From a virus (lineage: Duplodnaviria > Heunggongvirae > Uroviricota > Caudoviricetes): a DNA stretch of 64,000 bases. Location of the stretch: the IMG/VR virus record IMGVR_UViG_3300010357_001332; one strand, 5' to 3'. The notes under the pieces are model-generated. The model did not search any database and was not told the DNA's origin. It was given only the letters and a program-made list of their open reading frames with translations. Made by a program: the position numbers and the translations under genes. Below, one piece after another: positions 17,187-24,791 of the stretch (its first letter is position 1; each line of letters begins with the position of its first letter).

Positions 17187-17495
17187 TTACTTCCTTTTAG
17201 CTAGAATTAAAATTGATTTGATAAGTTCTTCAGGAGTATGATACTTAAGCAAAACATTTAACTCATCTTCAAGATTAAGATAATCTCTCTCTTCGAAGTA
17301 ATCAAGATCACCCCATGCCCACATATATTCCGGATCAGGACTATCATAAAAAGAAGCACTAGGTCCACCTGCTTTCTTACATTTATGCCAGTTACCATCT
17401 AACATGAAGTCCATTTCACCGTCTTCGTTCCATTCCTGTGATCTTTCAGAAAGAGAACATTTATAATATCTACCTGCTACAAATCTTGTAATCAT
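17187..17495 (-). CDS. hypothetical protein
   Basis: WNEDGEMDFMLDG resembles W..GMDYLFG of 7332..7607. Confidence 0.65.
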   Translation of the reverse strand: MITRFVAGRYYKCSLSERSQEWNEDGEMDFMLDGNWHKCKKAGGPSASFYDSPDPEYMWAWGDLDYFEERDYLNLEDELNVLLKYHTPEELIKSILILAKRK

Positions 17496-17510
17496 ACCTT
17501 TGTCTTTCCT

Positions 17511-17600
17511 TTATCTTATATAAGTAGATATATGAGCAGACTTAAGAGTAAAGATAATGATAAGAATAGAACAAAAGAGAATACCAATGAGATAAATCAT
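17511..17600 (-). CDS. 29-aa hydrophobic micro-protein
   Basis: MIYLIGILFCSILIIIFTLKSAHISTYIR. Confidence 0.5.
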   Translation of the reverse strand: MIYLIGILFCSILIIIFTLKSAHISTYIR

Positions 17601-17610
17601 ATATTAGTAC

Positions 17611-17835
17611 CTATTCCTTTTCTAGAGCTATAAGACCTGTTCGTATAGATAATCTAAAATCAGAATCATTGACAAACATTGTTGGGGCATCAGCAGTTAT
17701 AGGATCAAGCTGTATAATATCACCATTCTTCTTCTTAAAGATAGAAACAGAATATTTAATTCCCTTCTTAATACGAGGAGCAGTTTCATGCCCAGGATTA
17801 GTATTCTTATAATCACGAAGAAAGATAACTATCAT
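17611..17835 (-). CDS. small hypothetical, family A
   Basis: DFRLSIRTGLIALE. Confidence 0.75.
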   Translation of the reverse strand: MIVIFLRDYKNTNPGHETAPRIKKGIKYSVSIFKKKNGDIIQLDPITADAPTMFVNDSDFRLSIRTGLIALEKE

Positions 17836-18098
17836 ATTGAATCACCTTGAGTAAGAATGATAATAGTACCATCCAAAACAAACTTCCTAAATCTAGTAAT
17901 AGAAAGAAACCATCCAGCAAATTTAGTATCAGGATAAGGACGACCAATAATAAGCATATCCTGTTGTCCATGACGACGATGAGTGACAGAGTGATAGTTA
18001 GGATGATCCTTCCAAAGAAAGACCAACCATATCTTCTTTAAATCATCTCTATTATAACCATCTTCGTCTTTAATAGGTGAAGTGAATCTTATTTGCAT
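17832..18098 (-). CDS. small hypothetical, family A (WKDHP subgroup)
   Basis: LWKDHP..RFRKFVLDGTIIIL. Confidence 0.75.
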   Translation of the reverse strand: MQIRFTSPIKDEDGYNRDDLKKIWLVFLWKDHPNYHSVTHRRHGQQDMLIIGRPYPDTKFAGWFLSITRFRKFVLDGTIIILTQGDSI

Positions 18099-18256
18099 AA
18101 GTTAGTACCATGACAGATAGGACATCTTTTAGAATAGAAAGGAATGATAAGAATCCAAACACCAGAAGTAAAGAGACAGAGAATAAGAGTACCTATTCCA
18201 ATCTTTCTATGAGGATGAACTCTTTGATTACAATTAGAACAAAATTTAGTAGACAT
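18089..18256 (-). CDS. 55-aa LITAF-like membrane zinc-ribbon protein (not in ORF track)
   Basis: CSNC - hydrophobic IGTLILCLFTSGVWILIIPF - CPIC. Confidence 0.65.
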   Translation of the reverse strand: MSTKFCSNCNQRVHPHRKIGIGTLILCLFTSGVWILIIPFYSKRCPICHGTNLCK

Positions 18257-18276
18257 AGTACTAAGAATCTCCTTAA

Positions 18277-18687
18277 TTACTCTTCAATAAAAGCACCTAA
18301 TAATTCTAGACCAGATTTGAGTAGTAAAGCATTTTCTATATTAGAAGATTTAATTGATAGCAAATATTGTGAGAATATATAATTAAGAAAATCTACATAT
18401 TCCCTCTGAACAAAAGAAAAAGTATTTCTAGGGGTAGCTTTTATTAACTCAAAGCAAGTGGAATGATAAGTATCCCTATAATCACCAATAGATAAAGTAT
18501 AGATTGTATAAGGTTCAGAACTTAAATCAACAGATTTAATGTAACCAATATCATTTATCTTAGGAAGAGAAGTATTTCTTTTAGATTTATCACATTCCCA
18601 AAGAGTAGCTTGTGATAAAGAAGTTATCTTAACAAGATCACCAGTTCTAAAAGCTTTATACTTATATTCATCATAGTTAAGATGCAT
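18277..18687 (-). CDS. hypothetical, KOW/SH3-like N-terminus
   Basis: FRTGDLVKI..DIGYI. Confidence 0.65.
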   Translation of the reverse strand: MHLNYDEYKYKAFRTGDLVKITSLSQATLWECDKSKRNTSLPKINDIGYIKSVDLSSEPYTIYTLSIGDYRDTYHSTCFELIKATPRNTFSFVQREYVDFLNYIFSQYLLSIKSSNIENALLLKSGLELLGAFIEE

Positions 18688-18851
18688 TATTCACCTTCTA
18701 TGTGTTAGATATAGAACAAAGTAAGTTTGATTTATAATATATAACTTGATTAAGATTAATGAGTAGATTTACGCGATTTGGGCGTAGATGCGCCGTCTCC
18801 CGCATGCCCTACAACATTAAAACTTTACAAATTATTACCATCTATCCGAAT

Positions 18852-19025
18852 TTACTCATTCATCTTATCAAGACTATCGAGAATCATGAATCCTACAAGG
18901 AGAATTGCTTCTACGATGAATAGTGTCCTTCTTCCTTCAATAGTTATAGTAGTACTAATTAGATTTCCTATACTAAAAACAAGAAGAAAGATGATTATAA
19001 TACTTCTGTATATCTTGATTCTCAT
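18852..19025 (-). CDS. small 2-TM membrane protein
   Basis: AAGGAG RBS before MRIKIY; two hydrophobic segments. Confidence 0.6.
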   Translation of the reverse strand: MRIKIYRSIIIIFLLVFSIGNLISTTITIEGRRTLFIVEAILLVGFMILDSLDKMNE

Positions 19026-19074
19026 TATAATCTCCTTATTTCTGCACGTTATTAAAAAAGCGTTGAATGATTCA

Positions 19075-19206
19075 TGGGCAAGAACCGCCATTTTCTCTTC
19101 TTCTTGACCTTCCACCAGGACCGAATTTCATATGTTTTCGGTCCTTTTTCTATGATTTTTAAAAGATAAAATGGTTATACTTTGACTGGGCAAGAACCGC
19201 CATTTT
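19075..19206. repeat. 20-bp direct repeat TGGGCAAGAACCGCCATTTT x2 flanking a hairpin
   Basis: Copies at 19075-19094 and 19187-19206; GGACCGAA..TTCGGTCC at 19118-19144. Confidence 0.8.
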
Positions 19207-19395
19207 TTAATGAATAGATACTATAAGTTTTGCTTCTATCTTCTTGATCATCTCTCTCGTCTCTTCTACTACTTTCCATTGTTCTTTGAAGAATTCTAGA
19301 GTAATCTGCTTCTTTGAAAGTTTATGAAGAAGACGATTCTCTACTTCTTTAAGACTTGACCTTAGTATTTGTATGTCTTGTTTTGTTGCTTTCAT
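19207..19395 (-). CDS. hypothetical helical protein
   Basis: AAGGAG RBS. Confidence 0.6.
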   Translation of the reverse strand: MKATKQDIQILRSSLKEVENRLLHKLSKKQITLEFFKEQWKVVEETREMIKKIEAKLIVSIH

Positions 19396-19429
19396 TTATA
19401 TCTTTCTCCTTTTCAGAAGTTTTGATTCA

Positions 19430-19479
19430 AAAAAAGTTGCTCCTTACTAAGAATTACGCTATCATCCTAGTAAGGAGCT
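19430..19479 (-). terminator. hairpin + T tract after tRNA-Arg
   Basis: GCTCCTTACTA..TAGTAAGGAGC followed by T run on minus strand. Confidence 0.55.
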
Positions 19480-19510
19480 CACATGGAGTATTTAAGGGGG
19501 TTAAAGCATT

Positions 19511-19583
19511 CGTCCCGAGAAGGAATCGGACCTTCGACCGACTGCTTAGAAGGCAGTTGCTCTATCCACTGAGCTACCGGGAC
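19511..19583 (-). tRNA. tRNA-Arg(TCT)
   Basis: GTCCCGG/TCGGGAC acceptor, ACTGC-CTTCTAA-GCAGT anticodon arm; T loop TCCGATT rather than TTCGA. Confidence 0.9.
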
Positions 19584-19653
19584 AAAGAACTAGTGGCTGA
19601 CCCTTTTTATCAGATCAGCCACTAGGTAAAACTGGAACGGAACTCATAGGCGG

Positions 19654-20058
19654 TTAGCGGACAGCGGAGACCATTTTGTCGATCTCGGCCTTCGTGAAAG
19701 TGCCCATTGCTTCGAGCTTGGTCCGGGCTTCGGCTTGCTTCGCAGCTCTTTCTGCCGGATTGGGCCTGGCGTTGCGGACGACATCTTCCGCTTTCAGCTC
19801 GACGAACTTGGACATCTCTTCAGCGAGTTCCAGGGCTTTTTCGTCTTCGGCTTCGATCAGCTCGCGCTTCACCTTCTCGTATGCATCGCGCCGGATCTTT
19901 CCGTCGTTGTTGACGCCGAGGGTGTACATCCTCCAGGCCCACTTCTTTTCTTCGTTGTAGGCTTTGGCGGCTTTCAGGAAACCATCGATGTTAGACGAGT
20001 TGATGTTGTCCGATTTCGTGCCCGTGAAAACTGTGATCGTTTGAAGTTTGTCTGCCAT
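19654..20058 (-). CDS. GC-rich early protein, paralog of 21701..22093
   Basis: NIDGFLKAAKAYNEEKKW..DEKALELAEEM..KLEAMGTF; AGGAGG RBS, own promoter, 3' hairpin 19590-19625. Confidence 0.85.
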   Translation of the reverse strand: MADKLQTITVFTGTKSDNINSSNIDGFLKAAKAYNEEKKWAWRMYTLGVNNDGKIRRDAYEKVKRELIEAEDEKALELAEEMSKFVELKAEDVVRNARPNPAERAAKQAEARTKLEAMGTFTKAEIDKMVSAVR

Positions 20059-20129
20059 GGTCTTTAAGACCTCCTATTTAATGATGTTTTTTTGCAAAAT
20101 TATTTGCAATTTTAATTTATATAATAAAT

Positions 20130-20158
20130 ATAATAAAAAACTTAAAAAATAAAAACTA
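20130..20158 (-). promoter_or_regulatory. phage promoter TAGTTT-N17-TATTAT
   Basis: Exact motif upstream of 19654..20058. Confidence 0.7.
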
Positions 20159-20239
20159 GATAAAATAAAATAATTGATAAAATCGGCCTTCCAACTAGAC
20201 CTCCTTACATGACGGTCTAGCCGGAACGCTTTTCATTCT

Positions 20240-20326
20240 TTAAGACCAAAGCCACTTGAGAAAAGCAATTATTCCTATTATCATCATTCCTAAAGGAATG
20301 AGAAGAAGTAGCCATAAATACCACAT
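20240..20326 (-). CDS. 28-aa hydrophobic micro-protein
   Basis: AAGGAG RBS; MWYLWLLLLIPLGMMIIGIIAFLKWLWS. Confidence 0.6.
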   Translation of the reverse strand: MWYLWLLLLIPLGMMIIGIIAFLKWLWS

Positions 20327-20327
20327 C

Positions 20328-20519
20328 TTATTCTCCTTTGAGAATCTTATTAGTAATCTCTTTTAATTCTATGAGATCCAAAAGACTGATCATTACTTGT
20401 TCTGTCTTTTGATAATCTCCTAATCTCTTTGCTTCCTCGAAGAAATCTCTTTGAGCTTTCTCCTCCTCTTCAATCAACCTGAGTACATCTTGTGCAGTTA
20501 CTCTGGTTTCTTCAGGCAT
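20328..20519 (-). CDS. hypothetical protein
   Basis: GGAG RBS, packed. Confidence 0.65.
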   Translation of the reverse strand: MPEETRVTAQDVLRLIEEEEKAQRDFFEEAKRLGDYQKTEQVMISLLDLIELKEITNKILKGE

Positions 20520-20711
20520 TTACTTCTCCTCCTTGATCATCTTTTTAAGTTCATTTATAATAGGTTCTCCGAGAAGACCTGTCCATTCTGCATCTTCCAG
20601 GATACCTTTCTTAATCGCATACATTATACAGCCCAGAAACAACCAGGTCCGGAGTTTTGATTCTCCGGGCCGTTTAATAAAGTCGATGATCTTAATAGGA
20701 TTGGGATTCAT
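20520..20711 (-). CDS. hypothetical protein
   Basis: GGGG RBS, packed. Confidence 0.65.
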   Translation of the reverse strand: MNPNPIKIIDFIKRPGESKLRTWLFLGCIMYAIKKGILEDAEWTGLLGEPIINELKKMIKEEK

Positions 20712-20724
20712 TTCATTTTCCCCC

Positions 20725-21138
20725 TTATTTTATTGTTTTTGACATCTTTTCGGCTGTTGCATCGTCTATTCCGGCAGCGACTAATCTCTTTTTCATCATC
20801 TCTCTTTTGATAATCGTTTCCAGAGAAGGACCTCTGCGATGCCCAGAACCTGCATTTTGCGCTGCTCTTTCTCTTTTCTCCAGAATCTCTGCTTTTAACT
20901 GCGGAGATAATCTTTCCAACTTATAATCGAAATTAAAATCAGAAGTAGGATTATGTCTTTTCTTATCAGGATCAAATCGTCTGGGATTCTTTTTAGAATC
21001 CAGTTTTATGAGATCCTTTGCTTTAATAAAATCCATTCCGGAATTCATTCTCCGTATAGTCTCTTCATCTAAATACCTTCTGTGATCCTCTTTAAAATTA
21101 GACTGGATCGATTCCCAATACAGCTTTTTATCTTCCAT
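20725..21138 (-). CDS. early protein sharing C-terminal LxAxG helix motif with 19654 and 21701 genes
   Basis: Ends KRLVAAGIDDATAEKMSKTIK; own promoter. Confidence 0.75.
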   Translation of the reverse strand: MEDKKLYWESIQSNFKEDHRRYLDEETIRRMNSGMDFIKAKDLIKLDSKKNPRRFDPDKKRHNPTSDFNFDYKLERLSPQLKAEILEKRERAAQNAGSGHRRGPSLETIIKREMMKKRLVAAGIDDATAEKMSKTIK

Positions 21139-21227
21139 TTTAAGACCCCCTTTATTAGACGATTTTAAAATGCCCTACATATTAAAAAGGCATTTTTAAA
21201 TTAAAATAGCTAAATTATATAATAAAT

Positions 21228-21256
21228 ATAATATAAATATATAAAAATAAAAACTA
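21228..21256 (-). promoter_or_regulatory. phage promoter TAGTTT-N17-TATTAT
   Basis: Exact motif upstream of 20725..21138. Confidence 0.7.
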
Positions 21257-21433
21257 GACATTTTAAAATCGAACCTTATTAAAACCTTCTTTTTGAAATT
21301 GTCCAAACCTATTCTTCGCCCAGACGAAATAGACCGCCATAGTAGACGGTCTAATCAGACCAATTTTCAATCGGTCTGATCTTAGTCTTGACCTTATTAC
21401 ATGAAGGTCAAGAGCAAACGTTTTTCGCTGAAA

Positions 21434-21496
21434 CTACATGCGAAAGAGAATGAATGTTGAAACACTTACACCTAGTAATATACAAAGAAAAATCAT
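21434..21496 (-). CDS. 20-aa hydrophobic micro-protein
   Basis: Perfect AAGGAGGT RBS; MIFLCILLGVSVSTFILFRM. Confidence 0.6.
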   Translation of the reverse strand: MIFLCILLGVSVSTFILFRM

Positions 21497-21656
21497 ATCA
21501 AAACCTCCTTTTTAAACATACCTATTCATAGTAGACCGGCTATCGGCACCGATTTTCATACCTATTCGGCACACGACCTGGATTCCAGTGAATCCATTTT
21601 AAAATGCCCTAATAGACCTACGTGGGTCCCAGGGCATTTTAAAATAGCCTGGATAC

Positions 21657-21686
21657 AAAAAAAAGCCCCGGGCCGAAGCCCAGGGC
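21657..21686 (-). terminator. Rho-independent terminator
   Basis: GCCCTGGGC-TTCG-GCCCGGGGC-TTTTTTTT on minus strand. Confidence 0.85.
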
Positions 21687-21700
21687 ATTTTAAAATCCCC

Positions 21701-22093
21701 TTAGAAGTTCCTCGTCAATTTTGTAATTTCTTCTTCGGAGAACCCGGCAGCCTGCAGTCTGGCAACCGTTGCGTCAAATTTTGCGGCTTTTTGCTCGGCG
21801 GTCATCTTTTTGCGAATCTCGAGCGTATCGGCAGCTTTGACCTGGAAGCGCTCCATCTCAGCAACGAGTGCCATCGCTTTTTCGTCGTCGCTCTGGCTCA
21901 GGACAGCCATCACATCTTTATACCTCTTAAGCTGGCCCTTCTCATAGTGGAAGCCGAGATAATCCCACACGTAAGACTTCCACTTATTCTCGTCGTTGTA
22001 GCCCTTCGCCGCTGCGATAAACTTATCGATGTTCAGCCCGGTTATCGCATACTCGCCACGTCCAAAATACACTTTCATCGTTTGCTCGTTCAT
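21701..22093 (-). CDS. GC-rich early protein, paralog of 19654..20058
   Basis: NIDKFIAAAKGYNDENKW..DEKAMALVAEM..RLQAAGF. Confidence 0.85.
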   Translation of the reverse strand: MNEQTMKVYFGRGEYAITGLNIDKFIAAAKGYNDENKWKSYVWDYLGFHYEKGQLKRYKDVMAVLSQSDDEKAMALVAEMERFQVKAADTLEIRKKMTAEQKAAKFDATVARLQAAGFSEEEITKLTRNF

Positions 22094-22139
22094 ATTAAAG
22101 CCCCCTTATTATTTATTATTTTTAATTTATATAAATAAT

Positions 22140-22248
22140 ATAATATAATAATTTAATATCGCAAACTAACGTTTGAAATATTTATTATTTATATTTATTA
22201 TTTATTTTATATATATAATATAATAAAAAAAAGCAATTTCACAAACTA
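22140..22248 (-). promoter_or_regulatory. two tandem TAGTTT-N17-TATTAT promoters
   Basis: 22140-22168 and 22220-22248, each with upstream TTTCAAACGTTAGTTTG (+ strand CAAACTAACGTTTGAAA, 80 bp apart). Confidence 0.75.
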
Positions 22249-22255
22249 ACGTTTG

Positions 22256-22320
22256 AAAAAACCCCCCGCCATAGGCCGGGGGGTGGGGGGTGTCGCGGGG
22301 TACGCCCAACCTATCCCGCG
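22256..22320. other. G/C-run hairpin block; minus-strand terminator and candidate genome-end/packaging junction
   Basis: ACCCCCCGCCATAGGCCGGGGGGTGGGGGGTGTCGCGGGG..CCCGCG in AT-rich context. Confidence 0.5.
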
Positions 22321-22424
22321 TCTCAGAACTTTTTTTTATTGATTTTCGACTTTTGGTGAGTTTTGAAAATTTTTTGAAAAACTTTTTATTTTGGTAAAGG
22401 AAAAAAGCACATTACATATGAGCA

Positions 22425-22748
22425 TCACTCATAAAATATTTCTTTACATTGTCTACAAATATAGGAGTATTTTACAGAATTTGGGTGCTTTCTGTATTTA
22501 TCTATTTTATAAAGATATTTATTTTTATCATAACACTTTTTACATATAAGAAAAGAGTCTATAACTGTATTATTTTTTTTATTTATCGAATATTTCCAAT
22601 AATCATATGTCACACCATCGTAACCTATTTCTTCTTTTTTTAAGAGTTGTAATAAATATCTTCTTATATATCTTATAGGATATAATGTTATTTTATCTAC
22701 TAATTGTACTAAGAATGATAATAAGCATAATATTAAATTCTCTTTCAT
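22425..22748 (-). CDS. hypothetical with CxxC pairs
   Basis: CKKC..CRQC; GGAG RBS. Confidence 0.6.
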   Translation of the reverse strand: MKENLILCLLSFLVQLVDKITLYPIRYIRRYLLQLLKKEEIGYDGVTYDYWKYSINKKNNTVIDSFLICKKCYDKNKYLYKIDKYRKHPNSVKYSYICRQCKEIFYE

Positions 22749-22920
22749 ACTAATTATTTCTCCTTTTTATATTCTAAGTAAATAATATATTCTTTTTCTA
22801 TCTCTTCTTTACCTTCTCTTCTGCAACTCTTCCTATCTCCATTCTCCGGAGAACATATCTTACATTTATCATGTGAATGGATGTGATATATTGTTTTCTT
22901 CTTTCCGTATCTTAACATAA

Positions 22921-23748
22921 TTATTCTATTACTATAATCTCATTTAAATGTAATTTTGATTTGATTAGTTCTATACATAGCTTATTAATCTTCTCTTCTT
23001 CTGGTCTTTCTTGTAGTTTAGAATTACAATAAGCTTCTTCTGCTTTTTTAAGTACATACATTGCTTCTTTTTTAACTTGTTCTAAAGTCCATTTCCCTGT
23101 TTTTATCTCTAATAATTCTTCACTATCTATCCCTTTTCTATTTACGTATAATATACCTTCATTGAGAAATTCTATTCCCATTCTTAATAATCTAATACAA
23201 TGAGCAGCATTTTTACAATCATATCCATGTTTTGTTACAAGAGCTTTTCTCTTTTCTCCCATGTAACCCTCAAATTTGAAATGTTCCATTCGTTTCAATT
23301 GTCCATAAGCATATCCAGTAAAACTCTTATAAATCTCTTTTGAAATAAACAAATCTCTATTGTTTATTAACTCTTGACCTTCTTTGGATCTTTGCACATA
23401 TAAATCTTCATCTAACCATAATAAGCTAAGAACATTTGGATTGCTATTGATTAATAATTTAATATATTTAATGAATTCATACGTAACTACATCCCATTCA
23501 TTTGTATCAGAAGGTAAGATCTCTTTCGTTCCTCTTGAACCAAAATGTTTTAACCCTAGATAAGTATCTACAGGGGGAATAATAACAGCCATTATATCTC
23601 TATCATCTATAGAATTTGGATCAGTATTAGGAACATACATACCATGTGCAATACTTCCTCTATATCCTATTAAAATACTATCTTGTAGATAATTATTTTC
23701 TTCTATTATTTGTTGTATTGTTTTCATTGAGAATATCCTTGTTTTCAT
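22921..23748 (-). CDS. RlaP/T4 NrdC.11-like nucleotidyltransferase (pol-beta superfamily, RNA repair)
   Basis: RGSIAHG..DDRD, NPNVL.LLW, F.GYA.GQ, YD.KNAAH.IRLL. Confidence 0.85.
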   Translation of the reverse strand: MKTRIFSMKTIQQIIEENNYLQDSILIGYRGSIAHGMYVPNTDPNSIDDRDIMAVIIPPVDTYLGLKHFGSRGTKEILPSDTNEWDVVTYEFIKYIKLLINSNPNVLSLLWLDEDLYVQRSKEGQELINNRDLFISKEIYKSFTGYAYGQLKRMEHFKFEGYMGEKRKALVTKHGYDCKNAAHCIRLLRMGIEFLNEGILYVNRKGIDSEELLEIKTGKWTLEQVKKEAMYVLKKAEEAYCNSKLQERPEEEKINKLCIELIKSKLHLNEIIVIE

Positions 23749-23836
23749 TTACACGGATTTCGGGGTGAAAAATGTTTGGGGAGTTTCTTTACTTTTTGCC
23801 TACTGCAGAGAATTTGAATAGAAAATAACTATACTT

Positions 23837-23938
23837 TTAGTATAAAACAGCCTGTAGACCTATCAGCACTAATGCGGAGAAAGCAAGCACTGCTAATAGT
23901 GCTGTTAGTATTATAAATACATTAGTAAGAATCATCAT
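23837..23938 (-). CDS. 33-aa hydrophobic micro-protein
   Basis: MMILTNVFIILTALLAVLAFSALVLIGLQAVLY. Confidence 0.45.
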   Translation of the reverse strand: MMILTNVFIILTALLAVLAFSALVLIGLQAVLY

Positions 23939-23952
23939 TCCACTTGAGTATT

Positions 23953-24177
23953 TCATTTCTTTTCTTCCATTAATTGTATTATATTAGTTATATACTTAAT
24001 AAACTGATCGTGAGTAAAATCTGTCATAACCCATTCATCGTCTCTTTTATATATAGCTGTATCTAATAAACTTTTGAGAGCTTGCAATAATACTTCTTTA
24101 TCTTTTTCTGCAGCTTCTAGTTTCTTTTCTGTTTCAAAGATTCTATCGAATAGCTTATCTACACCTGGTATACTCAT
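23953..24177 (-). CDS. hypothetical protein
   Basis: Packed ORF with GAGGAG RBS. Confidence 0.6.
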   Translation of the reverse strand: MSIPGVDKLFDRIFETEKKLEAAEKDKEVLLQALKSLLDTAIYKRDDEWVMTDFTHDQFIKYITNIIQLMEEKK

Positions 24178-24455
24178 TTAATATGTTTCTCCTCTAGATA
24201 CTCACTGTAAATACCTTTTCTTTTATAACCATGGGTATCTATAAATTCTTTTGCTTGTTCAAAAAATATACAATTTTCATGAACATCCCTGCAGGGTTTA
24301 CCTCTCTCTATGGTTTGAAAAGCATTCTTTATAATTAATTTATTAGATTCATGTTCACATCTATCTGTATAATAAAATTGTGGTCTATTATCGTGTGCAA
24401 ACTTAAATTGATAACTACAATATTTACAATCTCTGCATTTGTTAGATAGTTTCAT
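24174..24455 (-). CDS. Cys-rich hypothetical
   Basis: CRDCKYC..C..C..CIFFE. Confidence 0.6.
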   Translation of the reverse strand: MKLSNKCRDCKYCSYQFKFAHDNRPQFYYTDRCEHESNKLIIKNAFQTIERGKPCRDVHENCIFFEQAKEFIDTHGYKRKGIYSEYLEEKHIK

Positions 24456-24791
24456 ATAGTAAATCCTTTATTATAATATAAGTATATAATCTAGATTTAG
24501 TATTCTAACATGTATTTTAATTTAGATAATATTTATTACTTAAATTCTGTAGAATATTTGTATGTTTAAATAAAGTATATCTTCTATTTCAATAGTTCTA
24601 TGAAAATTTATAAAGTTTTGGGCTGTTCTGTATCTCCTACAGAATACCATTTTTTTAGAGAAATACCTCAGTTAGGATTACTTTGTAAAAAATGTAATCT
24701 TCTTATTCATTTTCAAGAAGAGGAATATTACAAAATAACTAATTTTATTTCTTCTTGTTCTTGCGAAGAATTTTAGAGTTGTATTTACATT

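Larger units (their letters stand above)
21161..21696. repeat. cluster of ATTTTAAAAT(GCCC) inverted repeats and GACC-N11/12-GGTC hairpins
   Basis: ATTTTAAAAT(GCCC) or its inverse at 21162, 21260, 21596, 21632, 21683; hairpins 21330-21353, 21354-21380, 21386-21413. Confidence 0.75.

Noticed and set aside
19075..21696. CRISPR or mini-array
   Set aside because: Only two copies of the 20-mer, 112 bp apart; the GACC/GGTC hairpins are not identical repeats with regular spacers; no cas genes in the window
24480..24790. AT-rich gap as origin or ncRNA
   Set aside because: No iterons or stable hairpins seen; looks like a decayed ORF plus promoter
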